DNA from: Devosiaceae bacterium
GTDB taxonomy: Bacteria > Pseudomonadota > Alphaproteobacteria > Rhizobiales > Devosiaceae
Direction: 5' to 3'
NCBI GenBank assembly: GCA_036563245.1
Contig: DATCMU010000009.1
Coordinates: 15,093-79,092, forward strand
DNA length: 64,000 bases
In this document: positions 19,414-29,165 of the stretch, piece by piece
How positions within the stretch are numbered: position 1 is the stretch's first letter
Layout of the letters: every line of letters begins with the position of its first letter
Made by a program: the position numbers and the translations under genes
Notes under the pieces: generated by a model
What the model was told of the DNA's origin: nothing
The model's input: only the letters and a program-made list of their open reading frames with translations
Database searches by the model: none

Positions 19414-20405
19414 TCGGCTGCGTCCTTGTTGTGCGACTGCGTTTGTATGTCCCGAAGCATCCACAGGCAGACCGTCAGGCCCCGCTCGTCGCCGGGATTG
19501 GGAAAGGATTCGAACCGCTCCACGCCAAGGCCCGCCGCACTTGCCCAGGCGCCCATTTGCGCTTCGGACATGCCGAGCCTGCGGTGCGCGTGTTCCTGCC
19601 GGAGGAATTCGAGATCGTGGGGCGCGAAATCCACCACCAGGACGCCACCGCCCGCCCGAAGCCCCTTGCGCGCCTCGATCAGGATCTGGCCCGGATCGTC
19701 GAAATAGTGCAGCACCTGGTGCAGGACGATCAGGTCGGCGGGGCCGCTCGTCCCCTCGAGCGCCGAGATATCCCCCGGCCTCACCTGCGCGACGCTGATT
19801 CCGGCCTGGGCGAGTTTCGCCCGGGCGATGGCGATCATTTCCCGGTTCGAATCGACACCGATCCCCCGATGATAGCGGCCCGCCAGAAGTTCCAGCATGC
19901 GCCCGGTGCCCGTCCCCAGGTCGAGCAGCGTTTCGACCGGACCCGGCCCGACCACATCCAGGATCGCCGATTCGACCGCTGATTCAGGAACATGCAGGCT
20001 GCGCAGCAGGTCCCAGCTGTCGGCCACCTTGGAGAAATAGGCACTTGCCTGCGCCTGATGCGCCTTGCGGACCTCCTGCAGCGCCAGGACGTCGGCCCGC
20101 CGCTGCGGATCGTCTTCCGACAGGTTGCCAACCAGCCACTCGACCAGATGCGCCGCGGCGCCCGAATGCGCCAGCCGGTAATAGGCCCAGGCGCCCTCGG
20201 CATAGCGCTCGACAAGGCCCGCATCGGCCAGCAGCTTGAGATGCCGCGACACGCGCGGCTGGCTCTGCCCCAGGATATCGGTCAGGTCCTTGACCGAAAG
20301 CTCGCCGCTTGCAAGAAGCGCAAGCAGGCGCAGGCGGGTCACCTCACCCGCCGCTTTCAGCACATTCACCAGTTCGTCAAGCTCGGCCACCGCTCGCTCC
20401 ATCAT
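19410..20405 (-). CDS. sahR: ArsR-type HTH fused to a SAM-methyltransferase-like domain (SahR-like regulator of methionine/methyl-cycle genes)
   Basis: The N-terminus AGEVTRLRLLALLASGELSVKDLTDILGQSQPRVSRHLKLLADAGLV is an ArsR HTH. The C-terminal half has a class I methyltransferase motif (LLDLGTGTGRML). It is co-operonic with metF. The SahR name is a recollection of the published family, not a search result. Confidence 0.7.
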   Translation of the reverse strand: MMERAVAELDELVNVLKAAGEVTRLRLLALLASGELSVKDLTDILGQSQPRVSRHLKLLADAGLVERYAEGAWAYYRLAHSGAAAHLVEWLVGNLSEDDPQRRADVLALQEVRKAHQAQASAYFSKVADSWDLLRSLHVPESAVESAILDVVGPGPVETLLDLGTGTGRMLELLAGRYHRGIGVDSNREMIAIARAKLAQAGISVAQVRPGDISALEGTSGPADLIVLHQVLHYFDDPGQILIEARKGLRAGGGVLVVDFAPHDLEFLRQEHAHRRLGMSEAQMGAWASAAGLGVERFESFPNPGDERGLTVCLWMLRDIQTQSHNKDAAE

Positions 20406-20426
20406 ATAAAGATATCTTTATATGAT
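20401..20426. promoter_or_regulatory. 26-bp perfect AT-rich palindrome ATCATATAAAGAT|ATCTTTATATGAT, candidate SahR/ArsR operator
   Basis: I verified base by base that the two 13-nt arms are exact reverse complements. It overlaps the start codon (20403-20405) of the ArsR-MTase gene and stands out in GC-rich surroundings. Confidence 0.6.
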
Positions 20427-20480
20427 AGGCGGGGTCGCGGTCCAGCCCCGATTGGCGCCCTTGTGGGCGGAAGTTCGAAG

Positions 20481-21617
20481 TCAGGCGACGCCGGCGCTGG
20501 CGGTCTCGCTGCCCGGAGAGCGGCGGCGGAACGAGTGTGCCCGCCACAACTCGAAAATGCCACTGGCCTCTTCGCGGCTGAGCGCCTCGTAACGATTACG
20601 CACATTCGCCTTGTCGGCTGGGCTCGGCAGGTCCCGCCACGGCATCACCGCAAAGGTCGCCTCGAACAGGTCGGCGGCGAGCCCCAGCGCCTTGGCCGCG
20701 ACGGTCATGGCAACATAATCCTGGGTCGCCAGCCATTTCACCACGACTTCGGGGGCCACCCGGAGCATCACCGTCAACCCGGCGGCGCTATGGTGGCCGT
20801 ATCCGAATCGCGCGAATCGGGCGAGCGCCCGCTCATCGAGCTGCCGACGATCGGAGAGGGCCTTGACCTGGTTCCAGGCCATCTTCCACTCGTTGGCGCT
20901 GAAGCCGGCGCGGTTGCGCATCCGGTTGTAGACCACCGAGCTGACCTTGCCCACGGCGGCCTTTTCGTCCGGCTGCTCGACCAGCGAGAGCTGTTCGAGC
21001 ACCTTGCCGCCGACAGCGCTGATCTCGCCGCGTACCGCGTCCCAGTCGAGGTCCGTCCGGCCCCTCAGGTCCGCCGCAATCTTTTCATTTCCTGCCGCGC
21101 GTTCGACAAGCCGCCGCATCGCGCTCTGGCTCAGTTCCGCGTTGCGGTTGCCCACCAACCGTTCCACGGCCTGCGCGCCGCCATGCTCCACGATCGCGTC
21201 GCCAACCCGGTCGGTCACCTTTTCGCGCCCGGCAATGGCCACCCGGTGGCCTTCGGTCTTTTGCGCCACGATTTCAATGAGATCATCATCGGACAAGACG
21301 TTCGAGAATTCCAGAAGCGGCTGGGCGACCTCGATGCTGTCATTGGCCAGCTTCACCACCACGGTTCCCGGAGCCCGGTCGAGCGGTGCCAAAAGCTTTG
21401 CCACATGCGCCCGCGCCTCGGCTTCCACCAGGTCTGCGAGCTGGCAAAGCACCTCGTCATACTGGGAAACCTGTTCGTCGTCGCACCGATCTGACACGAA
21501 GGCGTAAAGTTGCGCCATGTTGCGGAAAAGCTGGTCCCGCTCGCTGGAATCGGATTCTCCGTTAAGCACGCGGAACGTCGTAAACGCTTTCACGTTCTCT
21601 TCCACTTCCTGTGTCAT
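20481..21617 (-). CDS. DUF2336 domain-containing protein
   Basis: 378-aa all-helical protein. Its overall pattern matches my recollection of the alphaproteobacterial DUF2336 family. Function is unknown. Confidence 0.6.
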   Translation of the reverse strand: MTQEVEENVKAFTTFRVLNGESDSSERDQLFRNMAQLYAFVSDRCDDEQVSQYDEVLCQLADLVEAEARAHVAKLLAPLDRAPGTVVVKLANDSIEVAQPLLEFSNVLSDDDLIEIVAQKTEGHRVAIAGREKVTDRVGDAIVEHGGAQAVERLVGNRNAELSQSAMRRLVERAAGNEKIAADLRGRTDLDWDAVRGEISAVGGKVLEQLSLVEQPDEKAAVGKVSSVVYNRMRNRAGFSANEWKMAWNQVKALSDRRQLDERALARFARFGYGHHSAAGLTVMLRVAPEVVVKWLATQDYVAMTVAAKALGLAADLFEATFAVMPWRDLPSPADKANVRNRYEALSREEASGIFELWRAHSFRRRSPGSETASAGVA

Positions 21618-21744
21618 TCGTCATCCCCGGACTTCTTGCCGTTCTGGCCGCACCATGCCTGAGCAGAAGTGCGCATGAATTGAAACGGCACTCCGGGATT
21701 TGAATAAAATGCGATCTTTCGCCGCCGCGCTCCCTTGAAACATC

Positions 21745-21776
21745 GACGCCCCGGAGCCTTGCGGTTCCGGGGCGTC
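21745..21776 (-). terminator. stem-loop terminator downstream of katG
   Basis: An 11-bp perfect stem (GACGCCCCGGA paired with TCCGGGGCGTC) with a 10-nt loop, 25 nt past the katG stop. The minus-strand downstream T-tract is weak (GATGTTTC). Confidence 0.5.
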
Positions 21777-21800
21777 GTAATTGCCGTCGATCATACGCTC

Positions 21801-23987
<2,187 letters not shown>

Positions 23988-24146
23988 TCATGGCTGCGGT
24001 GATTCCGGCCTGGCAGATGCCAGTGCGCGGCGGGCGCACACGTATTGCGTCCGGAAATCTCTTCCACCTTTGTGGCTTTACTATCACGCGCGCCGGTCGA
24101 TCAGGCAAATTGATTAGTGTTCTTGTTGTGATAAGTTATTCTTACC
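23988..24146. promoter_or_regulatory. divergent katG / oxyR control region (expected OxyR binding sites)
   Basis: The call rests on the classic divergent arrangement. There is an AT-rich segment at 24100-24140 (TTGATTAGTGTTCTTGTTGTGATAAGTTATTC) and a 6-2-6 palindrome at 24010-24023. I could not confidently align an exact OxyR tetrad motif. Confidence 0.45.
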
Positions 24147-25085
24147 ATGAGCATGACCCTCAAACAGATGCGCTACGCGCTCGCCGTCGCCGAGGAAGGC
24201 CATTTCGGACGCGCGGCGCAGCGCTGTCACGTCACCCAGCCCGCGTTGTCGCAACAGATCAGGCTATTGGAGGAAACGGCCGGGCGGGCCCTGTTCGACC
24301 GGTTGGCGAAGTCCGTACGCCCCACCCCCTTCGGGCGTGAATTCCTCGCAAGGGTCCGGCGCATCGTCGATGCCGCGGACGAGCTCGACGCCTTCGCGCT
24401 GTCCGGCGCCGCGCATCCCACCCGCCCGGTCCGCTTCGGCCTGATCCCCACGATCGCCCCCTATATCCTGCCCGATCTTTTCCCTGCCCTCGCCCGTGAC
24501 GCGCCCGGTGTAGAATTCGCCGTCAACGAAAGCCGCACCGACGCCCTGCTCGAAGGGCTCGAACGTGGCGAGATCGACCTGGCCATGATCGCAACCGATC
24601 CGCCGAAATCCGCCGTCCGCCTCACAATCGAACCGCTTTTCGCCGACCCGTTCGTGCTGGCGGCGAGCCGAGGGTCCTCGATCGAGGAACCGGTCGACCT
24701 GGCAAGCCTTTCCAACCGGCCCATGCTGCTGCTCGAGGAAGGACACTGCTTCCGCGACCAGGCCATTGCCGCCTGCGGCATTCGCGACGATGCCGCCCGC
24801 ACATTCGCGGCAACCTCATTGCCGACCGTTGTGGAACTGGTGGCCAGCGGCCAGGGCGTCACGCTTCTGCCCGCGATCTCGCTGCGCAAGGAAGCAACCG
24901 ACCCGCGCATCCGCATTTGCGCGCTGGCAGCGCCGGGCGCGGGGCGCATGCTCTCGCTGGCCTGGCGTGAGGGGTCGCCCTATTCAGCGCTTTTCGCCCG
25001 GATCGCCCGCACGGTCCGCAGCACGGGCCTGGCGCGCCTCTCCGAGGCCTTGCCGGAACGCGGGGCCGGTCAGCTGCCGGGATAG
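24147..25085 (+). CDS. oxyR: LysR-family hydrogen peroxide-sensing regulator OxyR
   Basis: 312 aa with a LysR HTH N-terminus (LKQMRYALAVAEEGHFGRAAQRCHVTQPALSQQI). It has the redox cysteine pair with OxyR spacing (EEGHCFRDQAIAAC). It is divergent from katG. Confidence 0.9.
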   Translation: MSMTLKQMRYALAVAEEGHFGRAAQRCHVTQPALSQQIRLLEETAGRALFDRLAKSVRPTPFGREFLARVRRIVDAADELDAFALSGAAHPTRPVRFGLIPTIAPYILPDLFPALARDAPGVEFAVNESRTDALLEGLERGEIDLAMIATDPPKSAVRLTIEPLFADPFVLAASRGSSIEEPVDLASLSNRPMLLLEEGHCFRDQAIAACGIRDDAARTFAATSLPTVVELVASGQGVTLLPAISLRKEATDPRIRICALAAPGAGRMLSLAWREGSPYSALFARIARTVRSTGLARLSEALPERGAGQLPG

Positions 25086-25657
25086 ATCCACTGTTCCCAG
25101 ATGCGGGCGGTCACCTTTTCGCCGGGATGGACCACACCCGGTTTCTCCACCCAGGCAACGAGGCCGCGCCGGTATTTGGCCGCCGGCACGAAGCCCAGTT
25201 CCACATCTTCCCGTCCGGGAAACTCGGAAGCGATGGAGCGGCCCGCGACCTTGCACGGGCCGTTCGCGCCATCGACCCGAAGCGTCGCGCCGCCCTCGAA
25301 GAACAACTGGGTGCGCGGCGGCAAAAGGCTCAAATGCGGGATCCCGGATATCAGCAGGTTGCCCCCGATCCATTCCGGCCGTATTCCGGCGAGATCGAGC
25401 GCCGCGGCCACTTCCCGCAACTCGTCCGGGGCAAGAATGGTCACCTGCCGCTCGTTGCGCATTTCGGTGCCGCGCGGATACCAAGGCTCCCGGCCTCCCG
25501 AGCGTCGCGTCACGCCCGAATGGTTGTCGCCCGCAATGCCCTCGAACCCCAGTTGCAGCGACTGGGTCGCGCGGGTGCGAAAGCCATCCCCGTCGGCAAC
25601 GAACACGCCTTCGACCGCGCCGGTCAGCTTTCTCGCGGGGACGATCTCGACAGTCAA
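25070..25657 (-). CDS. MOSC domain-containing protein
   Basis: The C-terminal 195 codons of track ORF 25070..26503 read LTVEIVPARKLTGAVEGV...GIAGDNHSG...VTILAPDEL...NLLISG...CKVAG, which is MOSC-like. The only plausible start is a TTG overlapping the rarD stop (TTGA). Confidence 0.75.
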   Translation of the reverse strand: MTVEIVPARKLTGAVEGVFVADGDGFRTRATQSLQLGFEGIAGDNHSGVTRRSGGREPWYPRGTEMRNERQVTILAPDELREVAAALDLAGIRPEWIGGNLLISGIPHLSLLPPRTQLFFEGGATLRVDGANGPCKVAGRSIASEFPGREDVELGFVPAAKYRRGLVAWVEKPGVVHPGEKVTARIWEQWIYPGS

Positions 25658-26598
25658 GCGACGGACTCCATCACGGGTGGCGGGCGGCGGCGGCGGATCA
25701 CGGTATCGCCAGTGAATACCGCCAGGGACACAAGGATCAACCCGAAACTCATCAGGCGCACGCTGGTCAGCGTTTCGCCGAACACGAACACCGCCACAAG
25801 GAATTGCAGCGTGGGCGTGATGTACTGGAACATGCCGATGGTGGTCATGCGCAGCCGCTTGGCGGCATAGGCAAAAAAGATCAGCCCCATGGCCGTCGCG
25901 GGCCCGGTGAGAATGAAATAGAACATCTTGAGCGGATCGGCCATCTGCCCCGGCCCCGAGGTGACGAGCACATAAAGGATATAGGCAAGGGCGGCGGGCA
26001 GCATGAGCAGGGTCTCCACATAAAGGCCCGGCGTTGACCCCACCGTGACAGTCTTGCGGAAATAGCCGTAGGAGCCGAAGGACACCGCCAGCGCCAGCGA
26101 GACCCAGGGCAGCCCGCCTATGGCGACCGCCTGCAGCCCCACCGCCACCAGCGCGATCAGGATGGCCAGCGCCTGCACCCTGTTCTGCCGCTCGCCAAGG
26201 AAAACCATGCCGATGGCGACCGACACCAGCGGCGTGATGAAATAGCCAAAACTGGTTTCCAATACCCGTTCGGCCTCGACTGCCCACACGAAAACCAGCC
26301 AGTTGACCGAAAGGAGCAGCGCCGAAATCAGCATGCCCACCAGTGTGCGCCGGTTGGCAAGCGCCACCCGCACTTCTCCCATGCGGTTGCGCAGCGCCAG
26401 CACGATTCCGACAAAGACCAGGGACCAGACCACCCGCTGCGACACGATCAGCGCCGCATCGGACCCCTGCAGCAGCCGAAACAGGATCGGGAACCCGCCC
26501 CACATGCCATAGGCGGCAAGTGCGGCAGCGACGCCAAGGCCCGCGCCGCGGGATTGGCTGGCGCCAGCGCCAGTCGGGGCAGTCTCGGTCGCCGTCAT
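25654..26598 (-). CDS. rarD: EamA/RarD-family (DMT superfamily) transporter
   Basis: Ten-helix membrane protein. AAYGMWGGFPILFRLL and overall similarity point to RarD. The track start at 26613 is TTG; I prefer the ATG at 26596-26598. Confidence 0.8.
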   Translation of the reverse strand: MTATETAPTGAGASQSRGAGLGVAAALAAYGMWGGFPILFRLLQGSDAALIVSQRVVWSLVFVGIVLALRNRMGEVRVALANRRTLVGMLISALLLSVNWLVFVWAVEAERVLETSFGYFITPLVSVAIGMVFLGERQNRVQALAILIALVAVGLQAVAIGGLPWVSLALAVSFGSYGYFRKTVTVGSTPGLYVETLLMLPAALAYILYVLVTSGPGQMADPLKMFYFILTGPATAMGLIFFAYAAKRLRMTTIGMFQYITPTLQFLVAVFVFGETLTSVRLMSFGLILVSLAVFTGDTVIRRRRPPPVMESVA

Positions 26599-26813
26599 CT
26601 TCGATGTCCTCAAGAAGCCGTCGGCCCGGTGCCGGCGCGCGATCTCACTATCAGCCGAAATGCTTCATCGCCAATCATTGTTCTTGATAGGATCCAGCAG
26701 GTTTCGCGATCCGCGGGCCACGCCCGATCCCTCGCGTGTTTGACCCCGATCAAGGACCGCCCCCCCACGATCGGTTCATATTGCCGTCTGATCCGTCAAG
26801 CAGGGAGATCGAA

Positions 26814-27263
26814 ATGCGCAATCCAACCACCTGGGTGCTGATTGCCGATGGCGCCTCGGCCCGGGTTTATCGGAATACCGGCCCGGGAACCGGCCTCAAG
26901 CCGGTCGAGGATCTGGAATTCGATGCCCCGCACGGGCGCGCCAGGGACATCATGGCCGACAAGCCGGGCCGCGCGTTCTCTTCCGCGGGCGCGCGCCGCA
27001 GCGCCATGGAACCCTCGTCCGATCCGGTCGACGTGATGGAGGCCGAATTCGTGCGCGGTCTTGCCACCATGCTGGCCGACAGGCTCCGCCAGGGGGCATA
27101 TGACGATTTGATCGTGGCCCTCGCCCCGCGTGCGCTGGGGCAGTTGCGCGAGCATCTGTCGAAGGACGTGGCCGCCCGCATCCGGCACGAAATGGCCAGC
27201 GATCTGGTCAATACGAAGCTGCAGGACCTGCCGCGCCATTTCGAGGGCCTGCTCAAGCTCTGA
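26814..27263 (+). CDS. host-attachment-family protein (Host_attach-like), paralog 1
   Basis: 149 aa. The N-terminal TWVLIADGASARVY motif and overall pattern match my memory of the host attachment protein family. The RBS AGGGAG lies 6 nt upstream of the ATG at 26814. The track ORF is over-extended by 26 codons. Confidence 0.7.
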   Translation: MRNPTTWVLIADGASARVYRNTGPGTGLKPVEDLEFDAPHGRARDIMADKPGRAFSSAGARRSAMEPSSDPVDVMEAEFVRGLATMLADRLRQGAYDDLIVALAPRALGQLREHLSKDVAARIRHEMASDLVNTKLQDLPRHFEGLLKL

Positions 27264-27387
27264 GGCATTTGCGCCGGGGATCACGAAAATGTGTCGGCAA
27301 GGCGTTGCGGTTTCGCTTCGCCGCAGCCGGCCTGTCATTGTGCTGACGCGTTCCGGTACTACATCTGAATAAAAGCGGGAGGCCAAC

Positions 27388-27816
27388 ATGAAGACGAAGA
27401 AAACCTGGATTCTAGTTGCCGACCATTCGGGCGCGCGCGTGCTTGAAAATCACGGCCCCGAGAAGGGATTGCTCGAAGTGCCGGACATGTACTTCACCCA
27501 ACAGGGCGAAACACCGGACACGACCCACCGATACTACATTCCGGCCATGCGGCACCGGTTCTTGCCGGGGCTTTGCGCCACCGACTGGCCGCGCGACCCC
27601 GCTCAGGAGCGCTTTGCCCGCGAGGTCGCCGAAGCGCTCAACGAGAAGTACCGGGAGGGCGCATTCGACCGGCTGGTGCTGGCGGGTTCGCCGCGCATGC
27701 TGCAGCACCTGCGCTACCTTCTGTCCACCGATACCCGCCGCTGCCTGAAGGCCGAAGTGCCTGGCCTGGGCAAGGGCGACGTGGCCAAGCGCATCGACCC
27801 CGACTTGCTGGGGTGA
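27388..27816 (+). CDS. host-attachment-family protein, paralog 2
   Basis: 142 aa. It starts MKTKKTWILVADHSGARVLEN and aligns with paralog 1 at ...FAREVAEALNEKYREGAFDRLVLAGSPRMLQHLR (compare FVRGLATMLADRLRQGAYDDLIVALAPRALGQLR). RBS GGGAGG. Confidence 0.7.
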   Translation: MKTKKTWILVADHSGARVLENHGPEKGLLEVPDMYFTQQGETPDTTHRYYIPAMRHRFLPGLCATDWPRDPAQERFAREVAEALNEKYREGAFDRLVLAGSPRMLQHLRYLLSTDTRRCLKAEVPGLGKGDVAKRIDPDLLG

Positions 27817-27823
27817 AGCAAAG

Positions 27824-28087
27824 CTAGCGATAGATTGCCCCGCGATTGCCTACCGCGACCACGAGCAGCACGAGTTCGCCGTCGTCAATGCGACAGACGA
27901 TGCGCATGTCGCCGACGCGGTAACGCCAGTATTCGGATAGGCTGCCCTTCAGCGGCCCACCAAGCTGACGGGGGTTTTCAAGCTTCAAGAGGCGATCGTC
28001 GATGAAGCGTGTGACGCGATTCTGGTCTGTCTTGCTGAGTTTGCTCAGGTCTTTGAAAGCACCGCGGTCAAAGCGGACCGTCCACAC
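27824..28087 (-). CDS. type II toxin, RelE/ParE family
   Basis: 87 aa. WTVRFDRGAFKDLSKLSKTDQNRV...LKGSLSEYWRYRVGDMRIVCRIDDGELVLLVVAVGNRGAIYR is the typical RelE/ParE pattern. The GTG start lies 3 nt after the antitoxin stop. Confidence 0.88.
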   Translation of the reverse strand: MWTVRFDRGAFKDLSKLSKTDQNRVTRFIDDRLLKLENPRQLGGPLKGSLSEYWRYRVGDMRIVCRIDDGELVLLVVAVGNRGAIYR

Positions 28088-28090
28088 CCG

Positions 28091-28312
28091 TCAAACGTCC
28101 TGTTCGTCGGCGAAGAGTTCGGCCTTGACCTCATCCCAGGACATGGTCGGCCCCGGATTCTTCATCCTCTCGTCGGCCAGATAGGTATCTTCGAGATCCT
28201 CGATGTGCTCGACAATCGCTTCACGCGCATAGAAACTCTTGGTGCGGCCGGTCTTCTTGGCCAGGGCATCCAGGCGCTTCTCGATGTCTGGCGGCAGGCG
28301 CAGGGCAAGCAT
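28091..28312 (-). CDS. type II antitoxin, ribbon-helix-helix (RelB/ParD/CopG-like)
   Basis: 73 aa. MLALRLPPDIEKRLDALAKKTGRTKSFYAREAIVEHIEDLED is an RHH motif, and the C-terminal tail is acidic. It lies directly upstream of the toxin. Confidence 0.85.
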   Translation of the reverse strand: MLALRLPPDIEKRLDALAKKTGRTKSFYAREAIVEHIEDLEDTYLADERMKNPGPTMSWDEVKAELFADEQDV

Positions 28313-28335
28313 GGCAGTGACTCCGAGGGACAGGT

Positions 28336-28351
28336 GCTATACATGTATAGC
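28336..28351. promoter_or_regulatory. 16-bp perfect palindrome GCTATACATGTATAGC, candidate RHH antitoxin operator
   Basis: Verified base by base. It lies 24-39 bp upstream of the antitoxin start, in the divergent 122-bp intergenic region. Confidence 0.55.
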
Positions 28352-28375
28352 GTGATCACAGTTTGCCAGAGCACT

Positions 28376-28407
28376 TCATTTCTGTAAAGTCATTTCTGTT
28401 TCGTCAT
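28376..28407. repeat. direct repeats TCATTTCTGT x2 (plus a third partial TCAT) with a 14-bp period
   Basis: Copies at 28376-28385 and 28390-28399, with a partial copy at 28404-28407. They lie 28-59 bp upstream of the orphan gene start (28435). Confidence 0.5.
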
Positions 28408-28434
28408 ATCGCTAGGATTGCGGTGTCAAGTTAA

Positions 28435-29163
28435 ATGACAATTTTTGATCCACAATTTCAAATAACTAGAAACGAGAAACGGCTGTTATTGCTTCTTGAG
28501 AAATTGTTGCTTGAGGAATGTGAAGAAATAGACAGAAATAACATTGACAACGATTCTGTGGCGTTGAGCGACGCCGAGGCGATGGAGCTTTCGGAGAGAA
28601 TTGAAGAACAAATTTCACAACAGGAATTCTGGAGGCGGGCGTCGTTTGTAGAGATGTTGGCAAAAGGGGATACAGCATCTGCGCGCGAACCCTATCTAGC
28701 GGGCCGAACACGACAAGGTAAGACGCGCGCACTGGCTACGATGCAATATGAAGACTTTCTCGTCCGGTTAGGAATTGGAAACCGCAGATACACCAATACC
28801 TCGCGCATGCCATTTGAACATTTCTTGCGGATGGAACAATTGTTGTTTTCCAAACTGGGTATTACTCCAAAAGGTGTGCAGCTCCTCTCTCGCTTCTTGA
28901 ACCTGAAGCGGGATGAAATTGAACTAGCGCGAACGGGAGGTGGAGAACATGAAGCATCAAAGATACTTCCGCATCTTCGCTCGCTAACACCGAATTTTTT
29001 GCAACATCAGAGTATTGCGGAAATGGTGATGCGTAGGGATAAACTCGCCGGCGCGCTGACACTGTTTGCAAACATGACTGTCATTTTTACCACCCGTGAC
29101 TGGAGCGCCACAGGCACTATGTCCACAATGGCGGGCGCGATAGGACTGGTTGGCGGAAACTAG
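28435..29163 (+). CDS. hypothetical protein (orphan; low-GC gene)
   Basis: 242-aa ORF with markedly AT-rich codons; the first ~120 nt are roughly one third GC by my count. I recognise no family. The N-terminus is acidic and helical, and the C-terminus is hydrophobic and Gly-rich (LAGALTLFANMTVIFTT...GTMSTMAGAIGLVGGN). There is no obvious Shine-Dalgarno sequence. Confidence 0.55.
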   Translation: MTIFDPQFQITRNEKRLLLLLEKLLLEECEEIDRNNIDNDSVALSDAEAMELSERIEEQISQQEFWRRASFVEMLAKGDTASAREPYLAGRTRQGKTRALATMQYEDFLVRLGIGNRRYTNTSRMPFEHFLRMEQLLFSKLGITPKGVQLLSRFLNLKRDEIELARTGGGEHEASKILPHLRSLTPNFLQHQSIAEMVMRRDKLAGALTLFANMTVIFTTRDWSATGTMSTMAGAIGLVGGN

Positions 29164-29165
29164 CG

